A stretch of 64,000 nt of DNA from Camelus dromedarius. Its lineage: Eukaryota. The stretch spans positions 108,688,001-108,752,000 of the forward strand of contig NC_087437.1 in the NCBI RefSeq assembly GCF_036321535.1, written 5' to 3'. Every line of letters starts with the position of its first letter. The stretch's first letter is position 1. Of the stretch, positions 25,894 through 38,954 are shown piece after piece. The notes under the pieces were generated by a model that worked only from the letters and a program-made list of their open reading frames with translations, searched no databases and was not told the origin of the DNA. Made by a program: the position numbers and the translations under genes.

Positions 25894-26294
25894 TGTAGAG
25901 GGTGCTGTGATGTACCACCCAGATTTCCCCTTAGGGACCAAGGCACTCATTCCACCACCTGTTGGCTGCTGACAGCTCACAGCCAAGCCTCTCTCCAGGA
26001 ATTGCCCTCAGGAAGGAGAACTGTCTGCTCAAGGTTATGTCCTCTCCCCAAAGGCACACAAGTCCCCTTGCTTGAATTCAGGACAGTCCTAAGGTTCATC
26101 TCAGCTCCAGAACTCCAGGTAAGTAAGGTCAGCTGCGCCCTTGGTTGCAACTGCATCACAGCTCAACTTCTCCCCTTACTCTATCCTGCTTCTCTCTCCC
26201 TCACAGGTACAGTTTCTTAGAAGACTTTGCCAATGAACTTCCTGTACACAGATCTCCACTCCAGAGTCTGTTTCAGGCCGCCAAATCTAAGACA
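25894..26294 (+). mobile_element. ERVL solo LTR (LTR16-like)
   Basis: tgtagagggtgctgtgatgtaccacccagat...gctgacagctcacag...aggaattgccctcag...cagagtctgtttc...ctaagaca. Confidence 0.7.
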
Positions 26295-26329
26295 GGCAGA
26301 ATAAAAATACCCCCCCGCCCCACCCCGAT

Positions 26330-26672
26330 CCCTTTCTGCACTCACGCTCAGCGTGCTGCCGTCAGGCGCGGCCTCATCATGCAGAACGTTGCCGGCGAGT
26401 TCATGGACCTGTACGAGCCGCGGAAATGCTCTGCCAGCAACCGCATCATCGGCGCTGAGGACCACGCGTCCATCCTGACGAACGTGCTGAGGTTCAACCG
26501 CCAGTTAAAAACCTACGCCATCCACGGGGCTACTCACAGGATCGGCGAGTCAGATGACTCCACTCTCCCACTGGCCAAGGCCAACGGCATCATCTCAAAG
26601 AATTTCTGGAAAAGATCATGGATGTGGAATATTTGTCATAAATAAACAGTGACCCCCCCTCCCCCAAAAAAG
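26330..26672 (+). pseudogene. RPS21: processed (intronless) RPS21/eS21 retrocopy
   Basis: ATG at 26379: [32 protein letters not shown]...[42 protein letters not shown]-like cctttct 5' end; no introns; AATAAA at 26641; 7-codon internal deletion, lost stop and about 16 substitutions versus recalled human eS21. Confidence 0.93.
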
Positions 26673-26877
26673 ACCCGAAGACATCTAGGTGTATCTCCAA
26701 CTATATGACTGGATTTCCAGGAGCCAAGGACAGTGAATGAGGAGAGTTAAAATCAAAGAAAAACATACAAATAGATTTCCCAGAACCGATGAAAGAGACT
26801 GATCACATTGAAAGAGTCTATCAAGTATTCAACAAGATAAAAATTTAAAAAAACAAAAACAAAAACAAAAAACCAGT

Positions 26878-27284
26878 CAGTGTTCTCCAGAGAAACAGAA
26901 CCAGGATGTGTACATATAGGAAGAGTTCTATGTTAAGGAATTGGCTTGGGTGATTACGGAAGTTAAGAAGTCCCAAGATCTGTAAGGCAGTCCAGCAAGC
27001 TGGAGACCCAGAAAGAACTGATGGCGGCAGTGCAAGTTCAAAGGTTATCTGGTGCAGAATTCCCTCTTGTTCTGGGGAGATCAGTCTTTTATTTTATTCA
27101 GACTTTCAGCGGATTGGATGAGGCCTATCCGCATTGTGGAGAGCAATCTACTTTACTCTAAGTGAACTGATTTAAATGTTAAATCTCATTTGAAAACACC
27201 TTCAAAGAAACATCCAGAATAAAGTTTGACCAAATTTCTGGGAATGATGGCTCAGCCAAACTGACAAATAAAATAAACGATCAC
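26878..27284 (-). mobile_element. ERVL LTR (MLT2-like)
   Basis: ttctccagagaaacagaacca...aaggaattggct...gcaagctggagacccag...ctgacaaataaaataaacgatcaca. Confidence 0.8.
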
Positions 27285-27891
27285 ACATAAAGATATACAT
27301 ATGAATATGCTCCTCTTACCTTGAGTCTTTCAGAAAACCAAAAATAAACATTTCCAGGGTCAAATTAAATTTTCTATAAAGGAGTAAGACTCAAGATGGC
27401 ATTACATCTCATCAGCAGCACTGGATGTTAGGTAGACACTGGAGAAATATTTTCAAAATTCTAAGGAAAAATGATTCTGTCTAGAAATCTTTATACATAC
27501 TAACTACTTCTTAGGCTGAAGAGTGAAATAAAGATATTTGGGATAGTACCATCAAAAATAATTAACAGAGGATATATTCCAGCTAAGTATGAGTCCTAGG
27601 AAAAACACAGACTACTATAAATATGTGGATCAGAGAGCCAGTAAAATAGTTAAATTAAAATCACTGTTTGCTGTTTTTTAAAAAATCAAAGAGTATCATC
27701 TAAATTCTCAGGCGATCTCAACATGGGAAGTAGAATTGGGAGACATTAGGAGAAACAGAAGTGAAAGCCTGTTAGGATGTTTATCTTTATTAAGAAAGGA
27801 TATGATGCTGATCAATAGCTGAATCGTGAGAAAATAACATTTTTGTGTGTGAGTGCGCATGTGTGTGCACGTGTGTATCAAAGTTTAAGGG

Positions 27892-28023
27892 GGGGGAGGG
27901 TATATAGAACAAGTGGTAGAGTGCACGCTTAGCATGCATGAGGTTCAAGCCCCAGTACCTCCACTGAAAAACCAAATAAATAAATGAACCTAATTACCTG
28001 CCCCTGCAAAAAAAATTTTTTTC
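27892..28023 (+). mobile_element. tRNA-Ala-derived SINE (vic-1-like), small internal deletion
   Basis: TSD aagtttaaggg at 27881-27891 and 28024-28034. Confidence 0.88.
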
Positions 28024-29164
28024 AAGTTTAAGGGTAAAAAAATGACACTGAAAAAAAGAACAAAGGCATAGCAAGAAAATGGAAACAAAAATATAGCAGT
28101 GTTGTGTTCTTAATTTTAAGCAACTTTGAATTCACAACAAAAAACGGTAAGCAAGACAAAGAGACATTTCATAGTAAGCAAGCAAGACCTCAATTAAGAC
28201 GTATCAATCATAAATATCAAGGCTCCAATTGGCATATAATGAAAATTCAAAAACCAAAGCTACCAAAAAACATATAAGTAGACAAAAGTAGTCTAATAAT
28301 AAAAGACTTTTTATTATATTTATTATAAACATTAAATAACCTCATTCAGGCCATAAAAATCAAGTAGATACAAAATAAGATTCAAGAATATCTAAAGACC
28401 TAATTAATAAGGTAGATCCAATTAATATAGTGAAGTCTATACTTTAAAACCAGAAAATAAACTTCCTTTTCAAGAAAAGAGAGTAGGAAAGACATTTCTA
28501 AGCACACTACAAGAATCAGAAGCTTTAAAGATAGATTTAATAAATATTTTAAAATATCTGTATAGCAAAATATACTGGAAAACAAAATCAAAATGCAATA
28601 ACAAACTGAAGGAAAATAATTACCAAACATATATAAAAATTTCTAATTAGTAGACATTTTGTATTTTTTGCCCAGCATCCACAGCAGCACGATTTTGCTC
28701 TGGCGGACCATTCTGGCTCTCTGGTGTGGTAAGGCCCCACCTTGGGTACCAAGAAATGGGGGAAGAGATCACTTCCTCCACACAGCCACATGATGATTCA
28801 ATCATTAGCACATGACCTATTCGGAGCCAGTAAGAAAGAATAAATGATAGGATTTCTGTGCAAGCAACTGGAAAAAAAGATTCTTCCACTGAATTTGGTG
28901 ATATGAAGCTGTAAAGAGGCAACCTTCTTGGTATCAAAAGGAAGATTAGCTTGAGGATGAAGTTGAAAGGGCAAAACTAAGGAATGAACCCCAAAGTCTG
29001 GTGCCTAAATAGATTAGATAGAAATAATCAGATTGCTCAATGTCTTTAAATATATTGGGATGGTGGGGTGGTGGGCAGGCAGGGGTAAACAATTAGAAGA
29101 GAACTTGAGGCTGAATTGTGATATGTAGAAAACTATGCAAATGAAAAAGTAGTTATTACTAGGT

Positions 29165-29618
29165 GTTGTGGGTTGAATGGTATTCCCTCAAAAGATATAC
29201 TGAAGACCTAAACCATCCACCACCCTTATCTCTATGTATGTGTTCTTATTTGCAAATAGAATCAAGTTAAAATGAGGTCATACCAGAATAGGTAGGGCCC
29301 TAAATCTAACGACTGGTGTCCTAGTAAGGAGAGAAACAGAGCTATTAAGACACACAGGAAAGAAGGCCATGTGGAAACCAAGGCAGAGACCTGAGCTATG
29401 CTGTCACAAGCCAAGGAAGGCCAAGGATAGCTGGTCACCCCCAGCAGTTGTGAGAGGCAAGGAAGGATTCTTCTCTAGAGCCTCCATAGAGAGCATGGCC
29501 CTTCCAACACCCTGACTTTGAACTTCTAACCTCCAGAGCTATGAAAGAATAAACTGCCGTTGTTTTAAACCACTTAGTTTGTGGTAATTTTCTATAACAG
29601 GGCTAGGAAACTAATACA
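29165..29618 (+). mobile_element. MaLR LTR (MLT1B-like)
   Basis: tgttgtgggttgaatgg...aagttaaaatgaggtcatac...aaggaaggattcttctctagagcct...ggaaactaataca. Confidence 0.8.
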
Positions 29619-30083
29619 CTAGATAATTACTAACTTTAAGGACAAGCAAAAAGTTGCACAGGAAAACAAATGTAACTGGTATAATACACATCTGTTTTGA
29701 GTAGCATTTATATAAATAGAATAATGTAAAAAAAATCATGACAATCATATTGAGAAGATGAGGTGAAAGGAACTGGCGATCACATTTGTTTATTTGAGGC
29801 AGGAAAACTAAATTCTTCTATCATGAGAATGTTACCTGCTACCATTGGTATGCAACAGATAATGTTAAAGTTGAGAAATTAAGTAATATCATTATAAGCT
29901 TAGTATATAGAGATATGGGAATAAATGGCCAAAGAAACAGCTAAAAGTTGAAAATGATCACCCCTAGGAAATGAGACATGAGAAGTTGGGTGTGGGGTGC
30001 TAGAGTGGATTGTTTCTTCATAATAAGCATGTTCAATTATTTATCTTATGCATGTTACCAATTTTGATAAAAATAAAAACACA

Positions 30084-30218
30084 GGGGAGGGGATAGCTCA
30101 GGGGTACAGCATGTGCTTAGCAGGCATGAGGTCCTGGGTTCAATCCCTAGTACCTCCAATAACAAAATAAACCTAATTACCTTCCCCCCAAAATAAATAA
30201 ATAAAACAAAATAAAAAA
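30084..30218 (+). mobile_element. tRNA-Ala-derived SINE (vic-1-like)
   Basis: ggggaggggatagctcag...ggtcctgggttcaatccc...aaacctaattacc. Confidence 0.9.
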
Positions 30219-31769
30219 GGAAAATTAAGCAAAAATGAACAGACAATTCACAAAGGAAGAAACTCAAATAAAGAAAATATGAACACATGCCTAATCTCAA
30301 TTAGCAATTAGATCAATTTAATTTAAAATAAACAAAAAATAAATTTAACAATATTAAATTAAATATTAAAATCTGCCACCAAGAGGTGACAGAAATATCA
30401 ATAAATAAAATTAGTTTGGGGAGAAATTTGGGAATTTGAAAATGTCTAGTAAAATTTAAAATGTGTATATATTACAACCCTGCTGATCTACTCCAGGTTG
30501 AATTCCAGGAAATTTCTGTAAAAGACCAGAAAAATCATGTTTAAGAAAGTTAATTACAGTGTTCATAATAGTGAAAACCGGGAAAAAACTAAATGTTTAC
30601 CAGTTGATATTTATCCATTCCAGATAGAATTGTTTTATATTTTCAAAGAATAAAAAAACTGTATGGCAATTAAGTGGAGTAAACTAACTTTACATAATAA
30701 TTCAGATAATGTTGAGTAAAAAAAAAAAAAGAAATTGAAAACACAGTATGTCCAATCTACTACCAGTTATATAAATTTGAAAACATAAATAGATCAGATG
30801 TTGTTCATGAATATATGAATGTAAAAGCTTAAAAACATGGGTTAGATGCATACTAAGCCCACAAGAGAAGATACTTTGGATTGAGAATTACAAAATTGAA
30901 CTGAAGGTGAGTACACAAAGAACATCCATTTCATTTGTAATATTTTGGTTCTTATATTTTAAAACTATTTTAAGGAAACATGAGTATACTAACAATTGTC
31001 AATTCTGGGTGGTGGGTATTTAAGATTTTTAAAAACGTTATCCAAGTACTTTTCTGTGTTTTTATTTGTCAAATTTAAAAAACTAGATGTAAATATGTTT
31101 TATTGGGAAAGAAATTTCAAAAATCAACTCAAAAAGAATGAGTAAAGTAACTGAATAGTCAAAATAGTCAAAAAGTAACTGAATAGTCTAGTAACCTACA
31201 GAAGGTACCCCAAAACATCAGAGAACTACCCACTAAAAAAGGCACCAAGCCCAGTTTTATAGGTAAGTTCTACCAAATGTTCCAGAAACAGTGACCTAAG
31301 GACAGCATAATCCTGATACAAAACAGAGCCAGATTATTAGCATTCCAAATTCAGCAGTGTATTAAAAGAAAAATGCATCACCTTGTTTCGAGTGAGGTTT
31401 ATGAAAAGGGCACATTCCTAACCTCAGTAAGACAATTTTTGTAATACACTACAGTAAAAAATGAAATGAGGAAAAAAAGCTTAATCTTAAAACTCAAAGC
31501 TGATAGTTCAGCATTTGTAAAAGAAAAAAAAAGGTAAAATTTAGTAACCATATGTATTTGTTCAAACTTTTGCAAATTACGTATAGAAGAAAACTTCTAA
31601 AGTAGAACAAGGAAAGAAACATTACCCTCAGACACAAGAGACTATGCCTCTACCCAGTGCTATCCCATAAAATAAAATAAATCTTAATATTCTAAAGAAG
31701 AAAGCAAATGTCAGTAGTTGCAGATTATACAATATCTAACCAGAAATTCCGAAGGCATCCACCGGCAAA

Positions 31770-32150
31770 CTGTAAGCGAGGCGACTCTCCGCCCCCCCGT
31801 GCCCCGCCCCCATTGCCGGGCCCGCGCCCTTGCATGTACGCATGCGCACTTGTGGCGCATGCGCGTGGGTCGGAGAAGAAAGACATGGCGGCGCCCAGTT
31901 TCCCCACGCCACTGTACGGGCATGTGGGCCGCGGCGCCTTCAGCGACGTGTACGAGCCCGCGGAGGACACGTTCTTGTTGCTGGACGCGCTGGAGGCGGC
32001 GGCGCCTGAACTCACGGGGTGCGAGGAGGGTGGGGGGGTCCCCGCAGAAGAGGTCTTGGGAATCCTGGAGCGGTGGCGCAGCCCTCCCGAGAGGAGGCGG
32101 TGTCGGCCCTCTTGGCACTTGGTTGACACCAGCACACCGCAGCTGACGAT
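31770..32150 (+). promoter_or_regulatory. CpG-rich promoter/first exon of N6AMT1 with GC boxes and NRF1 sites
   Basis: Abrupt GC/CpG-rich island in AT-rich DNA; GCCCCGCCCC at 31801-31810; CGCATGCGCA at 31839-31848 and palindromic GCGCATGCGC at 31855-31864 (NRF1 consensus); YY1-like CATGGCGGC over the start codon. Confidence 0.85.
31885..32018 (+). CDS. N6AMT1: N6AMT1/HEMK2 coding exon 1 (134 nt)
   Basis: ATG in gacATGg context; translates MAAPSFPTPLYGHVGRGAFSDVYEPAEDTFLLLDALEAAAPELTG, the recognisable HEMK2 N-terminus (VYEPAEDTFLLLDAL); donor GG|gtgcga. Confidence 0.97.
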
Positions 32151-33947
32151 ATTCCTGTAGATACACTTAAAACATGTTCCAGGGATCTGCTTTTGCCGAA
32201 ATGGTGTTTTTGTTTCAGGGGGCTCCGTGCCTCCTTACCACAGCAGGCTGTACCTTTCGCTTATCAGCTGTTTATCAGGGAAATATATGCCCCTAAGGCC
32301 AGCGAAATTGTAACATTCAAAACCAGGACGCTCTGAAAACACTGCGTCTTGTTAATAATACAGTTTTTAGTAAATATTATTACCTCGTGGCATCATTTAA
32401 TTTACTCAGTACATAAAAGCATCCTCTAGCAATGGAAGGGAACGAAAACAAAATGAGGTTATGAAATACTGGAGTAGGGAAGTGTATTTTAAACCACCGA
32501 ATAGCATACTTAACTGTCTAGCAACAGCCATTAGCCTCATGTGGCTACTGGGCACTTGAAATGTGACTAGTACTGAATTTTTCATTTTTAATTGTAAAAA
32601 ATTTAAAGTTACAGTCAGCTAGCAAACCTGTAGAATATATTCTAGCACCTAGTAAGTATTAATGTTGACTTGTTGAAGTGCTTACTATAAATTTTAAATT
32701 AGTAAAAAGAATGAGTATCTACTCTGTCAGGATAATTAGATTTATTTTAAGATCAAGCCTTGAAATGGATTTTCTCAGGATGAAGCAAACAGCTGTCAGA
32801 CTTCAAAAATCCGTATTGTGTTTATTTATCCCTCTTGGTCAGATTTTTCCATGTATAAAATGCCCTAACTTTTATTAAACTTGTTTTTCATTATAAACGA
32901 TGGAATTTGGGTGTTTACTGGAATATAGAATGGAACAGTACTGTTTTATAACTTGTCTTTTATTCTCAAGATATCCGAGAAAAATTTACAAGCACAAATT
33001 GCCTTGCAAAGTATGCTGTAAAAGGAGCTGATTGTGTTTTAAAGTCTTGGATATTTCTGGTCTTGGAATTCTAATTATTCATGAGGCTATCATAGTTATT
33101 TTCAAATAGAGGCTGCCTGGGAAGATTCAACAGACCTTCTTAGAGCACATTAAAGGCTTGTGGAATGGTTCCCTAAGCCCTAGAGTTTGTTGTTTTTGAG
33201 TAGTTGTTTGGGAGGTTAATTGCTAGAGAGGGCCCTAAGTCCCATCAAACCTATTTCTGTAATGGGGATAATTAGTGCCTTTGATGTACATATAAGATAA
33301 TAGGCAAGGACAAATACGGTAGGATCAAGAATTTATTATATTCAATAGCATTCTTAAGAGTATTCTTAATATTCTAAGATAAGATGCTCAAGTATATTCC
33401 CAATTCAGTGTAGAGCTGTACAAATAGGGAACTTCTTTGCTGCTCTAAATCTGTTATCAATAGAATGGGGGAACTTTTCTTCCCCGGGGGTATGTTAATG
33501 GATTTATGAATTACTTTAAAATGATACGGAAAATGTCTTTCATGAATAAATACTGTAATGATATTAACCCTATCATTTTAGGGAGTACCAAACTAGCGTT
33601 CCTTGTGGGAAGGGCTGATGTCTTCCATATTAATATTTCCAACCCTAAATTAACATTCCACAGCTTGTATGTAATGTTTTGTAAAATTAACTGAAATCCA
33701 TCTATTATAATACTATTTTACAGACTTAAATTACACACCCAAGATTTTGACAGTTTTGGGCTCTGCAGTAAATGAGCACAAAGTGGTTGTCCGAAAATAG
33801 CTTATTATAAATTTATTTTGTATTTCCATATATTTATAGGTGAGAGATGTTGCTGAAGAAATGGACATTAAAAGTAGCATGAGTTATTTTCTGCGATGTG
33901 TATTTTAATGCTATTGTATTAATATTTGTTTTATTTTGGTTTCCTAG

Positions 33948-34034
33948 GGTAGAAATATGCCTTGAAGTAGGGTCAGGTTCTGGAGTGGTATCTGCATTCC
34001 TAGCCTCTAGGATAGGTCCTCAAGTTTTGTACAT
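33948..34034 (+). CDS. N6AMT1: N6AMT1 coding exon 2 (87 nt), SAM-binding motif I
   Basis: Acceptor ttggtttcctag|, donor AT|gtaagt; VEICLEVGSGSGVVSAFLASRIGPQVLY, in phase with exon 1. Confidence 0.97.
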
Positions 34035-34763
34035 GTAAGTGTAAGTATACAAATTCCATCCATATCTTACTCTAAGAGATTCACTGTGGATATGACTGAT
34101 TGGATGAAATCATTTTTCTAAGTAGATAACATGTATCCAGTAGTGTCTATTTAAGTATATATAACAAGGACTCAGTTTGCAAATTATGCTTCCCTAAAAA
34201 TTAACTTCATGTTCAAAACTGTTCCATAATACTATGGAATTATAGAAGCAGCATAATACTTCTAGGTCATCTCTAAGTTATTATCTTAGATAATTTGATT
34301 ACCAGAAAAAATTGGAAGTTACTAAAATTTCTTTTTAGGAGATTTTAAAATATAGAAAATTAAAAGAAGAAAATAAAAATAACCTATAAATTTTACCACA
34401 CATAGTCCAAGTGTGTTTCCTTCATTTTTTTTTTCATTTCCCATGTTTTTCATTTAATATCATTTAGTATCATGAGCATTTTCCTTTTTAATTTCATTTT
34501 TGGTAGCTACATAGTATTCCTTTGTTGGATTCATAATTTAATAAATTCCTTCAGCTATGTGTACATGAAAGTGTATTCTACTATTGAACATTGTAACAAT
34601 ATAACAGTCTTTTCCATCAGTATAACAAATCTTGGTTCTTTTTTATTCACCATTACTAAAGCATTCTAAGTTTTTTCTAAATCTGCTTCATGTAAAAGGA
34701 ATGGGCTATTTGAATTTTTGTCCATAGATATAGGATATAATTTTTTTTCTTTTCTTTTTATAG

Positions 34764-34854
34764 ATGCACGGATGTCAACCCTGAGGCAGCACTGTGTACT
34801 CTGGAGACAGCACGCTGTAACAAAGTCCACATTCAACCAATAATTACAGATTTG
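34764..34854 (+). CDS. N6AMT1: N6AMT1 coding exon 3 (91 nt)
   Basis: Long polypyrimidine tract + tag|; CTDVNPEAALCTLETARCNKVHIQPIITDL; donor TTG|gtaagc. Confidence 0.97.
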
Positions 34855-37800
34855 GTAAGCTGTTAGTCTTCTTGTCCAGTACTGTAATGATTAATTTTCT
34901 TTTCAGGTAAGTTAAGGTCAGGATGGTTTAGGTCAAGGAATCTTGGGTGATTAATTAGTTAATAAACTTTTAACCTACTAAACAAAATAAATTCTTGACT
35001 AATATAATCCATCTTTTCCGTAATTCAAAAAAAACTTTCTATTGGCTTATACAGATGAGATATCTTTCAGACAGAAGTGAAGAGAATCCATCAAACTGGC
35101 TTAAATAATAAGAGTAGATGGCTTCAGACACAGCTGGCTTCAGGAACTCAAATGATGTTACAGGCATCTTTTTCTTAGCTCTGAACTTCTCTCTAATGGC
35201 TCTATTCCTGGGCAGTCTTTCCCTTCATAGGAACAAGATGTTTGCATGTCCATATCTTATTTCTTAGAAACCCCTCAGGGAGAGAAACACTTTCTGTTCA
35301 GTTGCTCTAGCAAAGCGCCAGAATGAGTACCATTTGTATCAATTTCGGTCATGTACTATCTCTCTGTCTCTTACTGTGGTCAAGGGGGATTGAAATACGA
35401 ACATGATTGGCTTAGGCCTGAGTCACAGGGCCACTCCAGCAGCTGGGTTGGGATAAACCCCACCCAGACCACTTGGATTGAGAATGAGAGGATGTAGTTT
35501 CCCCAGTGAAAGTCAAGGAGACGTAATCAGAAGAAAGGCTGAATGAGTCCTGGGCAGGTAAAAACAGCAAATGACAACTGCAGAACCATCGTTTTAAGTG
35601 ACACATCATACGTTTTTCAGTTGCAGCTTTTAAAATATTTTAGATTATATTAGTCAGACTTGGATAATTTTGAACTTTTTTTTTCAGTTTTAAATGGGAA
35701 ATGCCTTTTTATAAGCAAAAATCATAATAGCATGCTCAGGGCATAAGGAATATAAAGTGCTTTCCGTACTTCTTGACCTTTATTATTCTTATACCAATAA
35801 GGATATTTAGCTTTTCTCCTTCTTAAACTTAGAAAGGATTTAGCAGCTTAAAAGGAATTAAACCAAAGATTGAAGAAATTCTTTACATATCACTAAAAGT
35901 TATTACTCCCATTAGAAACTAGATTATCAAGAAAGGTACTTAGGTGATTTACTTATGAAGATAGTGTGGTGATTTTGCTCTTTAAATTTTTAAGTTGTTT
36001 CTTTAATGTGTCCATCGTTAGTAATAAATATATGTTTTTGATAACAGTAAAACTTTAGAGATAGAAGAAATTCAGAATATCTATTTTTGATAAAAGGTGG
36101 AAACAGGTGAGGCACATTTTTGAAAGTCGCATAACTTAGAAAATGATAAACCCAGAATTTAAGCCCAGATCTTCTGATGAACATGACTGGTGGCAGTCAC
36201 TTCTGAAGCTGTCAGAATCCGTTCTGTGGGTGAAGTTGACCATGATACAGAATGTTGACTTGCGGCAAAGAAAGAAGGAAGATGTAGTTTGAGCATAGGC
36301 ATTGCCACCTGTTTACAGAACTCTTAGATTTCTTATATTCAGAACACTGGACATAGGTTATCACAACTGTCGTAAAAAATAAATTCATTGTTTTGGATAA
36401 CTGAATTTAACTGCTTACAAAGTAGTACTTTTATTGTATTTCACTTTTAGGTTTAGAAGAAAGTCTTTTTCAAATATGTCTTATGCATTTCCTTACATCC
36501 TTAAAACAGTGAACATAAATTTCCCTTTTTTTGATTCAGGGTTATTAATATGAATTATTATTCTGTACTACATGGGGTAATGACTAAGGTTTTTTCAGGT
36601 GTTTCCACCTTTACACTCAGTAGCTGTAGCCTGCAGTGATTCTGAGTTTTTATTTCTCTCCTCTTTGTCTTCTTTTCACTTGCTTTATGTTGTCGTATTT
36701 CGCCCGTTGATACCCACTGATAGTGCTTCCTCTCTCTTTTCATGTGCCTTGTGCTAGAATACCAAACAGTCAATTTAGTTAGACTTATATTTAAGCTAAG
36801 AGTTAAGGGGCTCTGATCAGTGCCTCTCATACAAATAAAGTATGTTTTGCTGTGTGGATTTAAAACTTCTTGTCAGAGGCCTTCTTTGCTTAATTCCCAA
36901 TTCTTGGGTATATTCTCAGGCTGTGAGACTGTCTAAGAGCTGGATATGGATGGGTGAGGGATGCCTGAAGATAAACTTTATATCCAGTCCACAGAGGCTT
37001 TCTTATTTAAATCCATTTTCTTTTTAACTCCAAAATTCGGGCGGTTTTTTTGAATTTCAATTTGTTCCTTTATTTAGAATCCAGTGCTGATATGGTATTA
37101 GTATATAGTACCTCAGGGCCATCGTAAATAGTTACAAAGCAAATTCTTTTCTAATTTACTTACTCAACATTTTCTAGAATATTACATTTTTGAATTCTTT
37201 TTACAATTTGGGAAACTTAATTTCTTTATGGAATTGAAAATAAAGCTTTTGGTTATTTCAAATGTACTTCCTCATGCTCCAGTGTTATTACTAGATAGAA
37301 CAGCAAATTAACTGATCATCTTTCTACTTGCAGACAAAGATACACCTGAATTACTTCCCCTAAAATGTTTTTTTCTCTTTTAATTGAGTAAAGAAAGACA
37401 GTTACCTTTGAAGAGTAACTTCTTTTCAAAGGTGCTATTCATGTGTTCTCTTTGAACTGCGTAGTTAACAGTTAACAGGCTAATACAGATGAGATTGCTT
37501 TTAGAAACCTGGATAAAATGGAAATTCTAAGGCAGTTTTTCACAGCGTAAGTAGCTCAGTGATATGCCCAAGACTTAGATGGTATTACTGAGTATTTTAA
37601 TTTTGAATCACATAATGTAAAAGCTGTTCCCTCTTGAATTCCCTTTCTGCCATTTGATTACATCTAAGAGAAGGTCTCAGCTTGGTGCTGTTCTTTAACA
37701 CCTTTTAAACACCTACAAATGCCCCTTTAACCAAGAGAGAGCGAGTCTGGGTCACTCTTAGACTGGCAACAGTAACTGTGACAATAACATGTTTTCATAT

Positions 37801-38870
37801 ATATTGCATTTATTCTTGTGGTCATTTCTGTTTTCAGGAAGTAATACTGATTGTTCATTTACAGTACTAATGTAAGTCTCCCTTTATAGCAAATTTATTT
37901 AACAAAAAAGGTCTGTTTAAAGAAAAATATCCAGTAAACACCTGTGCGCATATGGGAAAAAATGTGGGAATGTTAATAAAATAACTAACACTGTGGACAC
38001 TGCGTTGAGGTACTTCAGTTACTCCATCTCAAGAAACAGGATCAGAATTCGTGGCTAAGGGTCAGTGTAAAGCAATAATTGAAGGAAATGGCTTTAGGGA
38101 TGAGAACTCATACAGATACAGTGTTTTTCCTTTACTGTGCCTGTGAAGGTATAGAATAACATAGCCAGACATAGTCTTTTTAAAACTTAGTTATTTAATT
38201 CAGTCAGAGGAATACTTTAAATGGCAGTTTGCCCTACATGCACTTTCTTTAAAAAGACGTATTTCATATTGTTCCACGGAGATTTGTACTCACGTGAAAG
38301 ATTTATAAAATGCCAAACAACTGATGTTTTTGTTGTCTCTTCCCACCATTTTCAGTCTTTTCTTTCTTTGATATCTAATTGTTTCAGTCAATACATTTAC
38401 AAGTAACTAAAGAAATAGAAATCAAAAAAAAATCTCGTCTTATGATATTTTTGTCATTTAGATATATTTTCTGTCATCTTGTAAAATATTTCCTTTGGTA
38501 ATAGGAAATAAATATCTAAGTTAGCAGCTGTAACTTTAAAGTTGTGTTTAAGTCTGTGCAGAATATATGAGAGCTTGCCTCCTTATGTTATCTTCTGAAA
38601 GTGAGCCCAGAGTGTAAATAAACATGTGAGCTGTTGAAGAGCAGAGGTTTTCTTGAACATTTATGTTCATCCTGATAAGTAGTTTTAATTTCCTTATTTT
38701 TATGTAATTGCATATAATTTTTATTTGAATGAAAATGTAAAAGTATCTCCATTTCTGTCTACAAGTTTTGATCCTCTAATACTTTTTTTCCTAAAAACAA
38801 GAGTATTTTTAATGATTGATTGATTGAATTCTGAGCCCAGCTTAAAACTCAGACTATTTTGAACATTTAG

Positions 38871-38954
38871 GTCAAAGGCTTGCTACCAAGATTGAAGGAA
38901 AAAGTTGATCTTCTGGTGTTTAATCCCCCCTATGTGGTGACTCCACCTGAAGAG
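38871..38954 (+). CDS. N6AMT1: N6AMT1 coding exon 4 (84 nt), NPPY catalytic motif
   Basis: catttag|VKGLLPRLKEKVDLLVFNPPYVVTPPEE|gtaaga; phase 0-0. Confidence 0.97.

Noticed and set aside
26145..26378. LTR-derived N-terminal extension fused in frame to RPS21 (166-aa ORF)
   Set aside because: It starts at TTG inside the LTR with no ATG before 26379.
26410..26425. tgtacgagccgcgga in the retrocopy resembles tgtacgagcccgcgga in N6AMT1 exon 1
   Set aside because: A short gapped match explained by one substitution in the RPS21 LYVPRK codons; coincidence.
31708..32166. Four overlapping 136-151 aa ORFs and upstream ATGs
   Set aside because: Expected from the stop-poor CpG island; only 31885-32018 matches N6AMT1, and the extra ATGs lie in or next to the NRF1 motifs, probably at or before the TSS.
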